A stretch of 63,520 bases of DNA, the filler included, from Nemertoderma westbladi (lineage: Eukaryota; Animalia; Xenacoelomorpha): assembly GCA_032718475.1 (NCBI GenBank). It is 3 parts of 3 records of this genome, joined end to end, with 100 filler letters (N's around TTAATTAATTAA, not from the genome) between each part and the next. Parts side by side here need not be neighbours in the genome. Positions count along the whole stretch, not along the records: positions 48,996 to 63,520 come from JAUCBJ010000677.1; 2 more parts are not named here. The stretch is one strand, 5' to 3'. The notes below the pieces were generated by a model. That model was not told the DNA's origin. It did not search any database and saw nothing but the letters and a program-made list of their open reading frames with translations. Position numbers and translations under genes: made by a program. Position 1 is the first letter of the stretch, and each line of letters opens with the position of its first letter. Of the stretch, positions 60,685 through 63,520 are shown one piece after another.

Positions 60685-61828
60685 GGGGGGGGGGGGGGGG
60701 GGGGGGGGGGTAGCGCATTTTCTGACCAAAAAGTCGAATTTTTGAAACATATCCTATCTGATGCAGAATTTCATGCTGAATCCAAATATGGAAACCGTTT
60801 TCCCATATGTTGCTTAGTTTTCGAGATATCTGGGATAGAAGATACTGGCTCCGATACATCGCGATATCGGTAAAGGAGATGAAGTTTGGGGTTTGCATTC
60901 AATTTCTGCAAATTTCTGTGCTCAGTGGTGCTAATTGGATGTCTCCACGAGAAAGAGCACAAAATTTTAATTGAGAAGGTATTTTTTTATGATTATTGGA
61001 CCTACTGATCAGTTTATAAGACAATTTCAAGTCTCCGGAATGAAGACGGGACTCGAATAAGCGACTCTGCGGTCTTTGCGGGATTACACGGAATAGACTT
61101 ATCGGTCATCGGAGATCTTCAAAATGTATAATCTCCAGTTCTAGTGGTCGTACGGAGTTCGTTTTGGGCTCATTCGAAAGCTCTTTTCTCAGAGACCAAA
61201 GTTACCATTTGGTTTGGCGAACTCTTGAAAGCTGCCTGAGCAATCATAACTTGAACAAAATTTGCAAGGCATATTTTACCCAAATTCATGTTATGTTGCT
61301 TCACAACCATTTTATCTTAAATCAAATGGTAACTTTGTTCTCTAAGAAAAGAGCTTTCGAATGAGCCTAAAACGAACTTCGTACGACCACTAGAACTGGA
61401 GATTATACATTTTGAAGATCTCCGATGACCGATAAGTCTATTCCATGTAATCCCGCAAAGACCGCGAGTCGCTTATTCGAGTCCCGTCTTCATTCCGGAG
61501 ACTTGAAGTTGTCTTATAAACTGACAAGTAGGTCCAATAATCATAAAAAAATACCTTCTCAACTAAAATTTTGTGCTCTTTCTCGTGGAGACATCCAATT
61601 GGCGCCAATGAGCACAGAAATTTGCAGAAATTGAATGCAAACCCAAACTTCATCGCCTTTACCGATATCGCGATATATCGGAGCCAGTATCTTCTATCCA
61701 TGATATCTCGAAAACTAAGCAAGATATGGGAAAACGGTTTCCATATTTGGATTCAGCATGAAATTCTGCATCAGATAGGATATGTTTCAAAAATTCGTCT
61801 TTTTGGTCAGAAAATGCGCTACCCCCCC
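60685..61828. mobile_element. Foldback element, Kolobok-like (TTAA TSD, GG termini), ~530-bp TIRs
   Basis: TTAA at 60681 and 61829; arms ~60700-61210 and ~61322-61828 are near-identical reverse complements. Confidence 0.85.
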
Positions 61829-62507
61829 TTAAATAAACGTTGTCTCATTTTGGCTTTCCTGGGCACTCTATGGGAATGTTCTCATGGGCCTGAGTTTCCT
61901 CTGGGGAGTATAGCTCTGGGAGGACCACACTGGAAATAAGTCAGTAAGTCGTCAGTTATATTGTGCGTAATGCCGGGCCTAACGGTCGAAAAATTTTGCT
62001 TTACTTTATTTTACTTTGGTGTAGTTGTTTATACTATTAGTTTATAATCTTATATGAACAAGGTACGAACTGACGAAACGACAAACGAGTACAGTACAGT
62101 ATGTTCCTACTTCCTATCCTACCCCTACCATACCTATGCTGCATTGGCTGCATGTATGCATGTCTGCATGTACTGTACATTATGTCACCACATGATGCTA
62201 TGTTGTATCGCAGCTACCCGTTTCCCCTATTGGCTATTTACGTAACTGACAGTACCTTATTCTGTTATACAATACTATATTTCTTGCTTCTGATTGGTTA
62301 TAGGATCAGATGCTGTCAGATCAGATAAGGACAGACGTTTTATTCTACCTCATCTGCCTGCGGCCATGATGCCAGTTCTGCAGTTACCATAGTCTGATTG
62401 TTGGACGTACTGCTGTACGCCACGCGCCACGGTAGTTTGTCAAAATGCTTAACTGATGTATCCTTTATAATTTCTTAATACAGTCTGAATAAAGGAGAAA
62501 CGAAGAA

Positions 62508-63520
62508 ATGGAAAGCGGCAGAACTTCTTCGCACTATAAAATCGCCAAAGAGTTTGCCTTACCGGAACGAAAGGCGAAGATCAATTATCTGGTGCGAAGT
62601 CTGAACGGTGGGGGTGGGGTGCGGACTCTCCTACGCCTCAGCGTTCTACTGGTTCCAACCAACCTCACTCGACGCGTTACTGCATCTGTCGTCGTTCCGA
62701 CTGCCACACCTTCATGATATGTTGCGACAACTGCGAGGAATGGTTTCACGGCGACTGTATGAAGATAACGCCGGGGGAGGCAACTCGAATGGCGAAGTTC
62801 TATTGTACGACGTGTCGACGAAACATCCCCGGGTTGACTATAAAATACAAGAAGGACTCGCAACGACAGTCTGAGGACGGGGGCGCACGCACTATCCCCG
62901 GAGAGACGGGTCGGGGTCGTAGTCCAACTCGCAGCTCCGAACTCTCGGACTCGGGGTTCGAGATACTGTCAAAAAGGATGAGAGAGTTTGAGGAAGGGAG
63001 CGAGTTGGCGGCGAGTTCATCGGGCTTGGTCGCCGCGCCTCCCGTCGTAGTAAACGCAACCATGCGACAGTAACTCCCGCACACAACCCGCCAAATAAAA
63101 AGAAAAAACAAAAACGCCGCGATAAAAGGAAACTAGTTTTAGTGCGAGCGGAATCGGACGACTCGATATCGTCGGATAACATCCCGAATCCTCGACGTAA
63201 ACTCACGACTCCGGCGTCGCAGTGCCTCGGTCCCGGTTGCACCGCCGAGTCACGACCCGGCTCCGCTTACTGCTCCGAACCCTGCGGGATGCGCTTGGCC
63301 ACGGCCCGCCTCTACGAGTTCCTCCCGCCCCGTCTCGCCCAGTGGGGCCGTCTCCCGTGCGTGGCCACGGAGCGCGGCCGTCGCGAGCTGGATTCCATCC
63401 GTCGCCGCATGGAGGGAACCAAACGCGATCTGTGGCGGTTGGAGCGCTCGCGGGTGGATCTAGAGGAGCTTATAAACCGCGCTAAACTGACCCCGGTTAG
63501 TAACGACTCTTTGGACGCGG
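62508..63520 (+). CDS. CXXC1: CXXC1/CFP1 (COMPASS subunit), 3' end outside window, two apparent 1-nt deletions
   Basis: Frame A: IAKEFALPERKAKI. Frame B: PHD YCICRRSDCHTFMICCDNCEEWFHGDCM..FYCTTC. Frame C: QCLGPGC..SRPGSAYCSEPCGMRLA.ARLYEFLP.R..QW...PCVA.E. Confidence 0.9.

Noticed and set aside
60650-61939. Mirror-image ORFs on both strands
   Set aside because: Produced by the foldback TIRs.

Overview
Eukaryotic, almost certainly invertebrate animal, AT-rich genomic window with two 100-bp scaffold gaps. About ten single-exon housekeeping genes are present: an SLC6 transporter (5' cut by the window), LMF1, SDF4/Cab45, MZT2, DOLK, DTD1, FAM136A-like, CREBZF-like bZIP, a TRF-like telobox protein, NIFK, and a 3'-cut, twice-frameshifted CXXC1/CFP1. 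They are interleaved with scattered exons of spliced genes the ORF track misses: the last exon of an SLC30/ZnT gene, three REEP5/DP1 exons, and exons of unrecognised genes. The intergenic DNA is dense with non-autonomous DNA transposons and foldbacks (hAT-, piggyBac-, Harbinger-, Merlin-, EnSpm-, Kolobok- and Academ-like), a decayed Sola-like transposase, an RTE-clade LINE with an internal triplication, tRNA-derived SINEs, a 23-bp satellite and a 68-bp tandem array. The main unexplained signals are: a bipartite motif (TTTATTGTTTTGGT-N~14-CTGTAACC) shared by unrelated elements; nested or operon-like intronless genes; and a hidden small Gly/Lys/His-repeat gene. Repeat coordinates were read by eye and may be off by a few bases. 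Family calls come from motif recognition, not database searches.
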